A stretch of DNA of 63,364 nt, filler included, from Reticulomyxa filosa (GCA_000512085.1; 20 parts of 20 records of this genome joined end to end with filler, not necessarily neighbours in it), one strand, 5' to 3'; shown: positions 24,643 through 37,980, counted from the first letter of the whole stretch. Made by a program: numbers and translations. Notes: generated from the letters alone by a model not told the origin.

Positions 24643-25596
24643 ATATTTGCCCTTGAACAGGGGTCTATTTTTGCCGTAGGAATTGATTTCAAAGAGGAGG
24701 GAGTTTTGCTCGCTTTCGTTGATAACCTGTAGTAACGGTAAGTATTTGCGGATAAAGACGCTGTCGATGTTGTCTAAACTGGCATCGTCGCCATTGGCGT
24801 CACGCCACTCACTCTCAATACATGTTTGAACCACAGTGGCGCTGAAGGGAAACAGACGACAATGGGACAGATGGATGCGATCTCTGTTACAAGCTTGGAT
24901 CATGCGAAACAAACAATGCGACAATGGTTCCATTCGATTCTTCCAAATCTCTTTTCCGTGCAAAGGGTCGGCGGAAATGATTTTGTTTTTCCCACAAAAC
25001 ACTTTGTAAAAAGTACGTTTTTCGTATTCCAAGTCATGTGTTCGTTTCAAGATTTCGCGATCCACTAATCGTCGTAGTTTTTTCATTGTCAGTTGACTCT
25101 GTCATATTACATATATACCATATATGTAATATATAATTTTGTTTACATTGAATAGATATGTGTCTTCTTTTTTTTTAAAAAAAAAAAAAAAAAATTAATA
25201 ATTATGTATTATTTATTTAACTTTGCTTTGTCGCACTAAAGACCAGATTAAATGCTGCTTTCGTTTATTCAGCAAACCTTGAACATCGGCTGACTTTGGC
25301 AAGACATTTCGGATTGCTCTGGAATACTCAGATGCCATCCATTCTCTCTCAAAATGAGTTTTATCAACTGCCACGGCGGGATTTCTTTCATTCAGGTCAT
25401 TGATGATTTGTCTGCGAATGCTGCGACGAGTCGTGCCGACATTGGTGATCACATTGTCTTGGATGAACAATGCTAATCGATACAACGGAAACATGGCGAA
25501 CGTCAAAGGATAGCGCAAAATAAAATGATACAGCGCATAGGACAGCATTTCCAAAATGAAATCTCTTCGTTTGATATGTTTTTGGCGACGGAAACA
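24643..25596 (-). CDS. Hypothetical multi-exon protein (partial)
   Basis: Two protein-like ORFs 25213..25554 and 24607..25086 flanked by intron-like low-complexity DNA. Confidence 0.5.
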
Positions 25597-25635
25597 CTAT
25601 TGAGCATCAAATGTGAGTACACGTTCCTTCGACGA

Positions 25636-25675
<40 letters not shown>

Positions 25676-25777
25676 NNNNNNNNNNNNNNNNNNNNNNNNN
25701 NNNNNNNNNNNNNNNNNNNTTAATTAATTAANNNNNNNNNNNNNNNNNNNNNNNNNNNNNNNNNNNNNNNNNNNNAG

Positions 25778-26016
25778 GCACCTTCGCATTTGGAATTGCA
25801 GAACACATCGATTTAGGTCTCAAATACGACCCATCCACTGGTATTTACGGCATGAATTTCATGGTTGTCTTGCGTAGACCTGGAGAACGTGTTCGTACCC
25901 GCAAAAGAAAAAGATCCCGCGTTGGAAAACCCCACCGTGTGTCAAGAAATGATGCTATGCACTGGTTTAAAACAAAATATGACGGTGTCATTGTATGGCC
26001 AGAGGATCTGCAATAA
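25778..26016 (+). CDS. RPL11: 60S ribosomal protein L11 (uL5), last exon
   Basis: [53 protein letters not shown]...[11 protein letters not shown] at 26014-26016; missed by the ORF track. Confidence 0.95.
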
Positions 26017-26560
26017 ATTTCTGCTGTTTGCTTTTTGTTGTTTTTTTATTGAAAAAATGAAGAAAGTGTACTTGTTGCACTTATGTTGCATTATTCTCCA
26101 ACCGCGTGAAGTTGGATTTGTTTGTTCGCATTAGCAACTACAGCAACATTTTTGTTACAATTAGAATCAAATTGTCCTCAAAAGGCGCGAGATGCTTTGT
26201 TTTATTTGGCCTGTTTGTTTTTTTGTTTTGTTTTTTATGGGTAACTTCAACACGAAATGAACAATCAAAACTGAGTTACCCATTTCTTGTATTTTCTAAT
26301 ACACGGATCTATCTCTTTCCCAGGCTCCAAAATGTCGTTTTTGGAAGTAAAACAGCTGTTCGACATTTCTGCTAAAGAATCTTTTTCAACAAAGTCATAA
26401 TTCAATTAGAAATTTTTCGAATAAGGTAACTTTGTTTCATTTTTTTTGTGATAAGGTCAATATTCGAGGAAAAATATGTTGACAATCTTTTAGTTTTTAT
26501 TTTTCAAGAGTTTCCTACCGAACATGGAAAAAGCCCCCAAACATTAGATAAGGAATAATA

Positions 26561-26775
26561 ATGGTTCTATACTTCGTTGGATTGGGGCTTGGTGACAAAG
26601 AAGATATAACAGTGAAAGGATTAGCAGCTGTAAAGCGTTGTAAACGCGTATTCCTTGAGCATTATACAGCAATTCTGACATACACTTCCAAAGAAGAACT
26701 AGTTAAGCATATGCTAACCCCACTGAGATATTTTAAAAAATTCAAATTGTTTACAGGAAGAATTTTATGGATGTC
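26561..26775 (+). CDS. DPH5: Diphthine methyl ester synthase, N-terminal part
   Basis: MVLYFVGLGLGDKEDITVKGLAAVKRCKRVFLEHYTAIL; intron 26702-26756 then EEFYG; cut by spacer. Confidence 0.92.
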
Positions 26776-26875
26776 NNNNNNNNNNNNNNNNNNNNNNNNN
26801 NNNNNNNNNNNNNNNNNNNTTAATTAATTAANNNNNNNNNNNNNNNNNNNNNNNNNNNNNNNNNNNNNNNNNNNN

Positions 26876-26914
<39 letters not shown>

Positions 26915-27423
26915 GACATCAACATTTTCTTGGATCTGAGTGCTAACAGCAGAGGAGGCCCATCTTCTTCCCCTTTTGCTTGCTTTCTTCGACCGAGGTA
27001 GCGACGACGTGGTTAACACTCTTGACGACCTATGTGTAGTCTCCATTAGGACTCCATCTTTCGTAGTCAATCATGACAAGACCTCCCGACGATTCGAGGC
27101 GTGTCACAGGTGGCGCAGCGAGACCCACCGGCGTCTCTCAGTAAAGTGCATAATCAAACATCGCCACGTGCGAAGACTCACCTGCAGACGTCCGTCTGTG
27201 AAGACGACAACAGTGAACAACGATGCTCGGTCCTCAATTGATCTGAGTTCATATTGCTTGCACTCCAACTTACACTTGCCATACTCATTCCTCGGTGGTT
27301 CTCTATCTTGTCTTTTCCTTTTATAATCTTTCTCTTAACAATTAACATGCTGGTGCAGGCAATGCCTACAAAAACGATTATTACAAAATATTTAACGAAT
27401 GATATCCCTTTTTTTTTTGGCAT
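26876..27423 (-). CDS. Type II membrane-anchored hypothetical protein, N-terminal part
   Basis: MPKKKG + hydrophobic segment; AG/GTGAGT donor near 27181; later poly-Asn frame. Confidence 0.4.
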
Positions 27424-27699
27424 TATATTTTTTGACGTAGCACTAGCAAACTTGTTTGCACGACGCATGTCTAGAAATTGACACAAGTCTTTTTTTGCAA
27501 AGTAATAGTTGTGTTTTGATTACAATGTCCACCTATTGTTTCGCTACTTTCTTAATACTGATTGTACACAAATGTATTCATTTTTTTTTGGCCTAATGTT
27601 GGATTGTTTATAAATATTTTGGAAAAAAAAAATATTCGGATAATTATTGTATTACTCTCATAGCATGTTGTTGGGGAAATTTTCTTTTTTTATAATAAC

Positions 27700-30570
27700 A
27701 TAATCTATTTCAAAAATCAGATCCAACAAAATGTTATCCTTAGTCTTTTTTAGCATATTTTGTTTTGGAAAGGACAACATGACATAACACACAACAACAA
27801 AACCCAAGAATGACAGCCAAAAAAGAAAAAGAAAAAATCTTGGTATTATATGTAAGTGTTAGGTTATTCACAAGCAAAAGTGATACAATTGGAGCAGCCC
27901 TAAAAAAAAAAAGGGATGACAAGTCAATAGCCCAATTAGAATTATTTCTCCATATATCTTATGCAACTTTTGTAATTTGGTATGATGATCCGCAATTCGA
28001 ATAGTCATTGCTTCCAAGGATCGATTGCTTAGGTTCTTTTACAATAGGCATGTTTCAGATCATATAAAGAATGAATAAATCATTAACAAAAAACATCCTT
28101 GACAAACTAACAACAGAGGCAATAAATACAAAGCATTAGAAACACGTAAAAATTCTTTCCAATTTTATTTGCGATAAATTCTGCTTCAATTAGCTTGCGA
28201 TTGAGTAATAGCAGCAACAATACTCAAAAACATTACAATGTTTATTTGTTCATCAAATAACTCATGTATTTCTTTGATACCATATTTGAGTCCAATCAGT
28301 TGTCTTTATCATTTCGACGCTGCCACTATTCAATTCACCATCACTTAATTCATAATTGTAGAACTCGCTTGTTACGTGTTTCTCGTTAGTCTTGGTACAC
28401 CAAAAAAAACAAACAAAACGAATTCTTTGTTTAGTTAGACAGACAAGTAAAGATGTTTTTACCATTGTTTTGTGTTGTATGAAAAGTGGAAGCACTTAGA
28501 TTAAAAATAATAATGTGTTAGTATACTTTTTTCAATTCCTAACTTTTTTTAATTTGTAAGGCGCGAGACCTTTTATTTTGGTATTTCCTCTTACTTAAAG
28601 TGAGATCTAACCAATGTAGCTTTGTTTTTGAAATTTTAACAAAAATTGTTTACAATTTTATAAATATAAATTTTTTAAAACAAACAAAACGGTATTCACT
28701 GTCCAAACAAATAGACATTCGTTCTTCCAGAATTTAGAATCTCACTCCCCCGTAATGCATGGCAGAAGCGACGATGATAGAAACATCTATGACTAATGTT
28801 TCATCCCAGTTCAGCGTCTCTTACATTCTCATCAAAAATTCGAATTGCAAAACGGCAATTTCACAGCAGAGAGTCCGACACCTTCAACTTTACGTTACTT
28901 GGGCTTTAGTCAAAGTGGCAAATCGTGTGACGTTTGGCATTTGTACGAGTGGTATATATTTCATCGTGGAAAAGTATACTTTTTGGTTTGGGTAATATAT
29001 TTCAAACATTGATGGAGAAATGATTGTTTTATATGATCGGTACAACGTATAGTGGACATATGTACCTTCACAATTTATAATAAAAATTAAAACGACGTAT
29101 ATGGCTACTATACTATTACCACAATTATATTACACACATTTACATCAATGTCTTTAATGTAATACTACACATCAAGCGTATAAATTCGCGGGGCGAAATG
29201 TATACTGCGTAGTAGAAATGGCGAAAGTTACTTACAATGTACAATTTCGACATAATTTCAAGAAACGTGAAGTTGAAGACTAAGGCACTATCGGCTGATG
29301 AAATGCTGAACCAGAATGTAACACTATTCAAAGATGGTTCTTGTGAGTGGCATACATCAGACATGCCCCAGGCAAAACAAAAAATTCGGTCTGATACACT
29401 GTCAATTATTCGACTATCTCAATATGCACATTTGTGTTGGGTGCTATGTCTAAGATGGGATCATTATAATGTGACATAGCCTTGGCCAGCACCAGTGACA
29501 AAAAAGCTTGAGTGAATTGAATGATTAACTATCTTGCAACATAAAATGTGTTAGCAAGTAATCCAAACTCAGCTCAAGCTCTTTGCATCACAGTACAGCT
29601 AAAAGGACACCATATTATAATAGCACTTCCTTTTTCTATTGACAAAGTGGCCCAATGCAAATGTAGCAATTGAAGATATTCAAACAATTGCGACAGACAA
29701 TAGACTGGAATTTTGTTGAACTTACTTCGTTGCTAACTTGTACACGCAAAATTGAGATTATGCTATGGATAAAGGGATGCAAAGAAAGATCAAAAAAAAA
29801 TCCGTCTATTTTTTTTTTTAAATAAGTATCACTACTCAAAGACGCATATTTAGAAAGAAGATGCTGGGACAAATATTTTTTCGGTTTGCGTGGAACTGGA
29901 CAGTGCTATGATGTGCATAGAGATTGTTGAAGTTGCTTCAAACAAAAATCATCATTCGTTTTTTTAAAAAAAAAAAAGGAACGAATGTCAAGGCCGCACA
30001 AATGCAAACACAAACCCAAACAAAAATAAGAGGCTAATTGTATTTAAAAAAAAATTCCTTTTTGCAATTATCAAAAAGGTATGTTTGTGTTTGAAAAGAA
30101 AAACAATAAAAATAATAATAATAAACACAAACAAAGGAAACGTTGGCATTGATATCCTTGTTTACCATTTCTTGTGTCTTTTTCTCTAATGTGTCTTGAT
30201 ACTGAAATTGATTGTTGATTGGATTTGGATGATAAAGTGCACACAAATAGATAAGTGACTGAGTGATTGATCAATAGATGAATAAATGTGCTAATTGGTT
30301 AATAAATAGAACATATTGGGTCAATTAATGATGAAAGCAAAATTCAATAATTATAACGTATCTTTGAATCAATATATCATTTGAATAGTCTGCAGATGTC
30401 GAATAAATCTGAATTCAAAATATTGGCAATTTGAGATGAATGCATTAAACAATGTCGACTAGTAGCGTTGCTGTAAAGATAATAGACTACGTTTAGAGAT
30501 TGACCCAATACGAACAAATTGGTAATCACGTATGATATTATCATGAAAATATTTGCAAGTGGATCCTGGG
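27700..30570. pseudogene. Tract of decayed coding-like remnants
   Basis: Mixed-composition DNA with short hydrophobic or protein-like frames repeatedly broken by stops; no family recognised. Confidence 0.25.
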
Positions 30571-30779
30571 ATCATGTACTAGTTAACAATGTATTAATTC
30601 TTATTTTCTTTATCGCGATCCACATGACATATCTATACACATATATGCATATACATACATTTTTTTGACTTGGTGTGTACATTAAAAAAAATATATGTTG
30701 AATATTTATGCATTTGTACATTATTATTTTTTTTTCATAGCTGTTGTAAATAAAAGACAAGTTGATACCTTTATTAAAT

Positions 30780-31098
30780 TAAATTCAACCAGCCGGGTCA
30801 ATCGTATTGTATCGAAAAAAATTGACTAAATTGGATGGACCAAGACTAATTACATTGAATTAAAATGGAAGGAGATAAACTGGATTAAATTTTGTTGAAT
30901 TGAATTAAATTGAAATATATATAGGTGAACTGGATCGAATTAAATTGAATATAATTGTGGTGAATTGGATTGAATTGGATCAAGTTGGCCTGCATTGAAT
31001 TAAATTGAGCTGGATTGCATCGAGGTGAAATGAATTAAGCTGGATCAAACTGTATTGAGCTGGATTAGGTTGGATTGAATTGAGATAGATTGAATTTA
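30780..31098 (+). repeat. Degenerate 5-bp satellite (TGAAT/TGGAT/TAAAT)n
   Basis: Period-5 array e.g. TGAAT TGGAT TGAAT TGGAT CAAGT TGGCC TGCAT TGAAT TAAAT TGAGC TGGAT. Confidence 0.8.
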
Positions 31099-31764
31099 GT
31101 AGATACATAAATTCGATTTTATTTATTAAATATTTGGAGCCGTACTCGTGGAATCTAAAATTAATTTATCTGGTGGATGGTGTATTGGTTGGGACATTAT
31201 ATTATCATTTCAAATTAAACTTTCTTCAGGACGATGATTAATTATATCTGAAATAGGGGGAGTAAGAACAGGAGCACCTTGCACATAACAAAAATATTGG
31301 TAGTAACAGCATATATAATACAACATGATATAAATATAACAAAGAAAAAACTTAAATTTTATCTTTTATTTGGTGGCTGGCTCCAATTATTTTACTTTTT
31401 TGCGCATCATATTGGAAAGTATATAACACACAAAGCACACAAATTATGTTTGGTTAATGTATGTTTTGGTAAAATAAAAAAAAATAGATATGAAATAGAC
31501 TCAAATGGTTCAATTGGCTACGTATATCCACTGCAAGGTACTCCACTGTTCATTTCTCCCCCTTTTCAAATGTTCATCTTATCCTTTTTTATTATTTGTT
31601 ATATTATAAATATATATACAGCCCAACACAATTACGACCAATCCACATCTTATATTAATTTTAGTTCCACTTTCCGGCTAATTTTTGGTTGATATTATTT
31701 TTATTATATCGAATTTAATGCATCTACTATTATATCTAAACTAATTCCACTCAACGCAATACAC
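31080..31764. repeat. Diverged inverted duplication (about 31080-31285 minus vs 31531-31764 plus)
   Basis: Shared blocks TGCAAGGT(A/G)CTCC, CTCCCCC, CCCAAC..ATCCAC, ATTAATTTTAG(A)TTCCAC..CGGCT, ATCGAATTT..ATG(C/T)ATCTACTA in the same order. Confidence 0.7.
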
Positions 31765-31969
31765 NNNNNNNNNNNNNNNNNNNNNNNNNNNNNNNNNNNN
31801 NNNNNNNNTTAATTAATTAANNNNNNNNNNNNNNNNNNNNNNNNNNNNNNNNNNNNNNNNNNNNTATACATATATGCACATATATATATACACATATACA
31901 TATATACATATATACATATATATGTATATATATTATTTCATATGATTAATAAATTTGACTTGCACTTGC

Positions 31970-33434
31970 CTTCTTCTTCATTGGACTCATTAGTATGCAA
32001 CGGCAAATCCCCCAAGGCTCGCATGATAGCATCGATGCTGGTGGCAATCAACTCCTTAGTCTGTGCATACTCCCCAATGATCCACAGTGCGGTGCGCGAC
32101 ACCATTTCGTCGCTGATTTCGGCAAAGTTTTCCAGCAGCTTTTGCAGAATGGATTCCTGCAGATCGTGGTAGTCTTGCAGCATTTCCTTGACAAACATGA
32201 TGACATTGGCATCCAAGTGGTTCATGAGCAGATGAACGACTTGAGGCGCGACCTGTGGGAATTTGACGGCGCATTGATGCATGGTTTCGACCAGCTTGCC
32301 GCGATACAGAGTGATTTGCGGGTCGGCTTCGGCATTGGCCGAGACGAGTTCTTTTTTCAGCACGCCAATGATATCTTCAATGTTTTGAGGCGACGACAGT
32401 TCCAGCACGAGCGCCAGGATCTTGGTGCGAATATCCAAGTTGGGCGTGGACAGCGCTCTTAGGATATCCATAAGCACAAAGCGCAGATTGCGATCGTATC
32501 TGCGCTTCAACGAGTCCAGACGATTGATGACCACGATTTTGATGTTTTGATCCGATTCCGATTGCAGCAGACGTGCATAGGCTTCGAGCGCACGGTTGAT
32601 CGCACTGTCCAAAGGGGTCAACGACAGCAACGTGTTTGCCGCTTCGTACACTACGGCGTTGCTGGACGAGTCGAGCAAATACGCTGCGCATTTCACAAAG
32701 ATCGACTTTGGCACGGGCAGTTGGCGACATACTTTGCGCATTAATTCCAAAATCGATGTTTGCATCGTCTCGGAATAGCTTCCAATCTTGTCGTTCACTG
32801 TCAAAAAAAAATCCAACGCGTTACGTAAATCGCAATTGGCCAACATCAGAAACGCGTTCCTTTTCGCCAGTGGGTTCCCTTCTTTCATCAAAAATTCGTA
32901 CACTCGTTGCGGTGCATCTGGCACTAGTTCGTTATGCAACGCGTAAATTCGCATCAATGCCAATACTGCATTTTTTCGAACATATGAATTTCGATGTTCC
33001 AAATTCGCCAATACTTGCGGCACCAACTGCTCCAGTATCTCCGGCTCGCTTATGCGGCAAAGCAAACGACATGTCGAACCTCGGATATATTCGTTTGGAT
33101 GCTTCAAGTCATTCAACAGGTGATTACATACCAATATTATCTCCGGCTTCAATTTGTCACTGTTTGGATACTTCTTATCCAACACTTCCCAATAAATTTG
33201 CAACAGCTTCTTTATTCGATGATCTCGCGAACGCAAACAAAATTTTATCACTTGCATTGTCAGACGTGACATCTCTATTCCTGTTATCACGCAGTGAATT
33301 ATCTCTTTCAATGCCTCAATCTTCTCGTTATCATTCCCGCTCTCCAGCTTCTTTGACAACTCATCCATCTTTGGCGTGTTGTCGCCATCTATCCCTGACA
33401 ACAACAACGGACACGTTCGTTCGACTACGCTCAT
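31970..33434 (-). CDS. COPB1: Coatomer subunit beta (beta-COP), first exon
   Basis: DHRIKKLLQIYWE, ILVCNHLLNDLKHPNEYIRGSTCRLLC, LEHRNSYVRKNAV, VVYEAA, ALWIIGEY; truncated by intron and spacer. Confidence 0.95.
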
Positions 33435-34182
33435 GCTTTCCGCTCACTAACAATTTCGTTGCCAATCAAAATGTAAAAAAGTTAATCAATTTTTGCTTTC
33501 TTAATTTTTTGAAATATTCGCACTCAACGCTCTCTGTCGCCCCTTCTTACAACTATCCTTTTTATATCCTCCAAAATTGTCTTGCTTGTTTTTGTGTACC
33601 GTAATTCTTTTTTTCTTGTATTTTTGCGATAAATTCTTTGTTCTTGAGAAATTACCGCGTGTACTGCGTTTCATCATTTGTGTCCTTTCTAAACCGTGCT
33701 CTTTGGAGCTGACGAAATTAGTAAAAAAAAAACTTGTAGATTATATTTTTCTTTATTGGAGAACAAAATTAAGTTTGTGGTCTGCGAGATCAAAAATGGT
33801 AGGCATATTTAACTAACACCTCAAACAGGAAAGAACAGTGATTGGTTGTCTACTAGGAATCACACACGGACTGGGAAAGAGTCAGTTTTGATGAATGCTG
33901 GCAATTGGTTGATGATGTTTTGTATTTTTTTGTGTCACCAACAAACATATTACAACAACAAGTTTTGGTTTAATCAATAAAAATAAACAATGAACCAAAA
34001 AAAAAAAGTTAGAGCCTTTTTTTTTTTTGTTAAAGGAGAGGGAAGNNNNNNNNNNNNNNNNNNNNNNNNNNNNNNNNNNNNNNNNNNNNTTAATTAATTA
34101 ANNNNNNNNNNNNNNNNNNNNNNNNNNNNNNNNNNNNNNNNNNNNTATATTATATTATGTGCTTAAAATGAATAAAACATAG

Positions 34183-35155
34183 ATGACACGTCTGCGGAAA
34201 AAAAGAACAGTCACGAGACGAGGAAAAGAAAGCATGAATCAGGCTCAAGATTGCGGAAGAGCCACAATCACTACTCCGTTTCAAGTAACTCAAGCGATAA
34301 AACCAAAAAAGCTGAAGCATCAAAAAAAAATCGAAAGAGCTCGGACGCTCACTCTTCCCGTCAAGTATGTGTCATTCAAAAGGCAACACACAACATATAT
34401 ATACATAAATATATATATATATATATATATTTATGTATATATATGTTGTGTGTTGCTTTTTGAATGACAGAACGAAAAGCATCGCAGAAAGAGAGCCAGC
34501 AATCAGGTCTTGATAGACAAATAGCAGATCAAAGAAAGAGAAATAGAAAGGACGTTGATTTTTTTTAAATATGTGTATATGTGTTTGTGTTCTAGAGGAA
34601 AAGTATCTGTACATTCCTTCCCCGCCCAATTGGAACGAATACACGGCCAAGTACAGCAAATCACTACCGAGTCCGACGCCACCGTCCGGCTCTGAGTCGT
34701 CTTCCAGAGCCACGAGTACGCACCGACGTCACAGCCGAGAGCACAAAAAAGAGCGCAAGCATAGCAAGACAGATCGACACTCAAAGCAAAGATCGAAGCA
34801 CAAGGATGAAGACCATCGTCACTCTCATCGCCATCACCACAGCCGTGATTATGACCATGATTATGATCGTGACCGTGACCGTGACCGTGATCGTGATCGT
34901 GATCGTAGTTATGACCATGATCGTGATCGTAGTTATGACCATGATCGTGACCGTGACCGTAACCGTGGTCGTAATCGTGATCGTGATCGTGACCGTGATC
35001 GTGATCGTGACTATGATCATAGTCATGACCGCCATCATGACCATACTCGGAGTTATGACCGCGATGATCACAAAAGTAGTGAACATAAAAATAATAAAAA
35101 AAAAGGGACAAAAGTAGAAGTAAAAGTAGAAGCAAAAGTAAGAGCCTCAATCGAG
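34183..35155 (+). CDS. Arg/Asp/His/Ser-rich (RD-repeat) protein, partial, multi-exon
   Basis: Exon 34183-34364, hairpin intron 34365-34470, later exon with (GACCGT/GATCGT)n encoding DRDRDR. Confidence 0.6.
34370..34469. repeat. 100-nt near-perfect palindrome filling an intron
   Basis: Base-by-base pairing 34370:34469 inward, 50 pairs with one G-T (34382:34457). Confidence 0.95.
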
Positions 35156-35342
35156 NNNNNNNNNNNNNNNNNNNNNNNNNNNNNNNNNNNNNNNNNNNNT
35201 TAATTAATTAANNNNNNNNNNNNNNNNNNNNNNNNNNNNNNNNNNNNNNNNNNNNATATATATATATGCATATACATACATACATATATGTATATGTATG
35301 TATACGTGTATGTATATAAAACAAAAGGAAAATAGAATTAAC

Positions 35343-35975
35343 CATGGAACACTCAGGCTACTGTTCACTCGCAACACTCCTCCCAATATTTTTTTCTTAT
35401 GAATTTTGTCGTTCAAATCTTTGAATCGTGGATGATGCATGAATTGAACCCCATCCATGAATTGCACATTTTTGGCGCGACAGGACGAAATTATCACATC
35501 CATCGCTTTTGGACTCCCGATTGGTCTTTCACATAATACGTGCTTTTGCTTTTTTTTTTTTTTTTTTTTTTTTTGAAAATGTATACCCCCCTCCCCCTAT
35601 TTTTGTTTCGCTCCCCCTTTTTTTTTTTTTTTTTTGAACTTGTTCAATTGCTTTGATTATCCAAGGCAGCCGTAGTGCTGTCGGAAGTGGGATATATACA
35701 ATATCTACGTCCTTGTTGTTGACTAGGTCCTTATATGAACAAGGCAATGCGCCTTCCGGACAATTTCGGTCAATAAATCGCTTTGCTTTGGCAATGTCTC
35801 TGCTTGCCACTGCCACTACTTTCGAGTGGGGGTCTAGGTTGACCGCACGTGCTATTTTACTGGAAATAGCTGCGCAACCTAAAATGCCATAACGAGTTTT
35901 TGGAGTACTACTATCACCGCCGCGAGGACTATCACGACGAGGAAAATCTTTTACTTCTTCGTCTGATAAAGTCAT
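35343..35975 (-). CDS. Gfo/Idh/MocA family NAD(P)-binding oxidoreductase (3' partial)
   Basis: RYGILGCAAIS, VVAVASRD, VDIVYIPLPT, intron ~35640-35550, HVLCERP, VQFMDGVQFMHHPR. Confidence 0.88.
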
Positions 35976-36819
35976 GGATGGCCTCAACCGTGGATAATTT
36001 TTTTCCTGTCATTATGTACACCCTTCTCGGTCATTGTATTTATAATTCTCGATCACTGTGATCTGCTTAACTTGACAAAAATTACTTTCAAAGTTGGATT
36101 TAAATTGCTCAACTTGTTTTAGTGATTTTAGCTTGCAATGTGACTTAATTTTCAAAGAAAAAGTATTTTTATTGCTCATTCAAGGCCCAATAACAGTGAA
36201 AGAGAAGTGTAAAATAGCAAGCATAGCAACACCAGTCCAAATAAAAGGGATAAAGCAAAATTTGAAGAAAGTTAATACTTAATATCATGTTGTGGAAACT
36301 CTTGTAAGCATGTCCTAACCAAAGAAGAATTATTTATATTCGTACTGCTATCAGACCACGCATATATCTTCAAGTTTATAAACTGAATTTTTTTGGTTAA
36401 ATTGTAGTTTTATGTCAAAACTTTTTGATTGAAGTTGCTATTTTATATTGTGTAAAGTCTGCTTAGTTGTTTTCACTCGACGCTCAACACTTATTTTGAG
36501 GCCCTTTGTTTTCAGAACGTCTTTTTGCTCTCTGTAATGTCTGATCAATTTGTATCAAATTCTCCTTCATGTGGATACATCACTCTTTTCTTTGGAGAGT
36601 TGTTGGGCTGTGAAATAGCTGTATGTTTTCCAAAAAAGATTAAATATTTAATTAATATTTTTTAGTTGAATAAAACTTGCAGGAGTCCAAAATCTCGGGA
36701 GAAGCACAAGAATGCTTTGAATCGTGTTTAATTATAAAAAGTTGTTACATATGACTCTATCTATATGTTGTTAATAAGAGAAAAAATAAACATCAGCATA
36801 ATGCAATAACTCTTTAGAT

Positions 36820-37980
36820 GATGAAAGATATACAATGGTTGGATTGTTTCCTAGTGAAATTTATCCTCACGCTGATACAAACAGTTACAACATGAAATTC
36901 TTTTAGTCCTATGTTTTGTTTTTAAAAAATTTTGAATAATGATAGCACAACTTCCTCCTTTTGAACAATGGCTTCGTGACATTTTAAAAATTCGAAGTGA
37001 TGAGACAATTCATCAAATTTATTGTCAAGCAGATGGAGTGAGTGTCGTCACTCACAATCAAATTAAAAAAAACTCGACTATTTTTCAAATAATGGGCGAT
37101 CAAAAAGATATCAGGTAAAAGCAGGCATTACATATATGAATAAGCAGAATATTAAGAAAAAAATAATTAAAGAATAAATTTGTTGACGGTATTTTATAGA
37201 AGTGGATGCTTAAATGAAGTGATTAAAAAGTATTGCAATGGATATATTATTGGTGAGAGTGGTACCTTGTATCAATGCTTGGATATTGAATCAAAATTAA
37301 CTTTGAAAAAAATTGATACAGTTGAACATACACAAGAAAAAATTGTAGAGATTCAGAGCGGTTGGAATCATTTTTTGATTTTGACCAACTATGGACATGT
37401 TTACAGTTGGGGATTGAATTTGTTTCATGCATGTGGACATATTCCTGAATCCGAAAAAAACGAAAATAAGACTGAAAACATCATAAATATTAATTCTCCT
37501 ACTCCAATACCCTGTTTTTTATCTCCTCTTATCAAAGTGGCACAAATATCATGCGGTATTTGGCATTCTGTGTGTGTAACTGCACTTGGAGACATTTATG
37601 TATTTGGATTGAATAAAGATGGTCAACTGGGTTTAGGAAAAGAGATTTATCATTGTACAAGTCCTGAATTATTAACATGTGACTTTGAATGTGCGCAGAT
37701 TTCGTGCGGAGGAAGACATACATGTGCTGTGGACAAAAACGGAAATGTTTGGGGCTGGGGATATAATGCACAAGGTCAAGCACTACCATCAGATCATATA
37801 GATAAAAAGGCAATTACTTGTCAAGATAACACACATATTTGGGTCCCTGCAAAATGGGATAATATCAAAGCTGAAAAAATTGTCTGTGGTCATTGGGGCA
37901 CATCTGTTATTTGTCTCAATAATACCAAAGAGAAAGTTATTATTTCTTGCGGTAATGCATCCAACATCAAACAAAATTAA
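36820..37980 (+). CDS. RCC1/BLIP-II repeat beta-propeller protein
   Basis: Main exon 37200-37980: IQSGWNHFLIL..GHVYSWG, ISCGIWHSVCV..GDIYVFGLNKDGQLGLG, ISCGGRHT..GNVWGWGYNAQGQ; upstream exons approximate. Confidence 0.85.
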
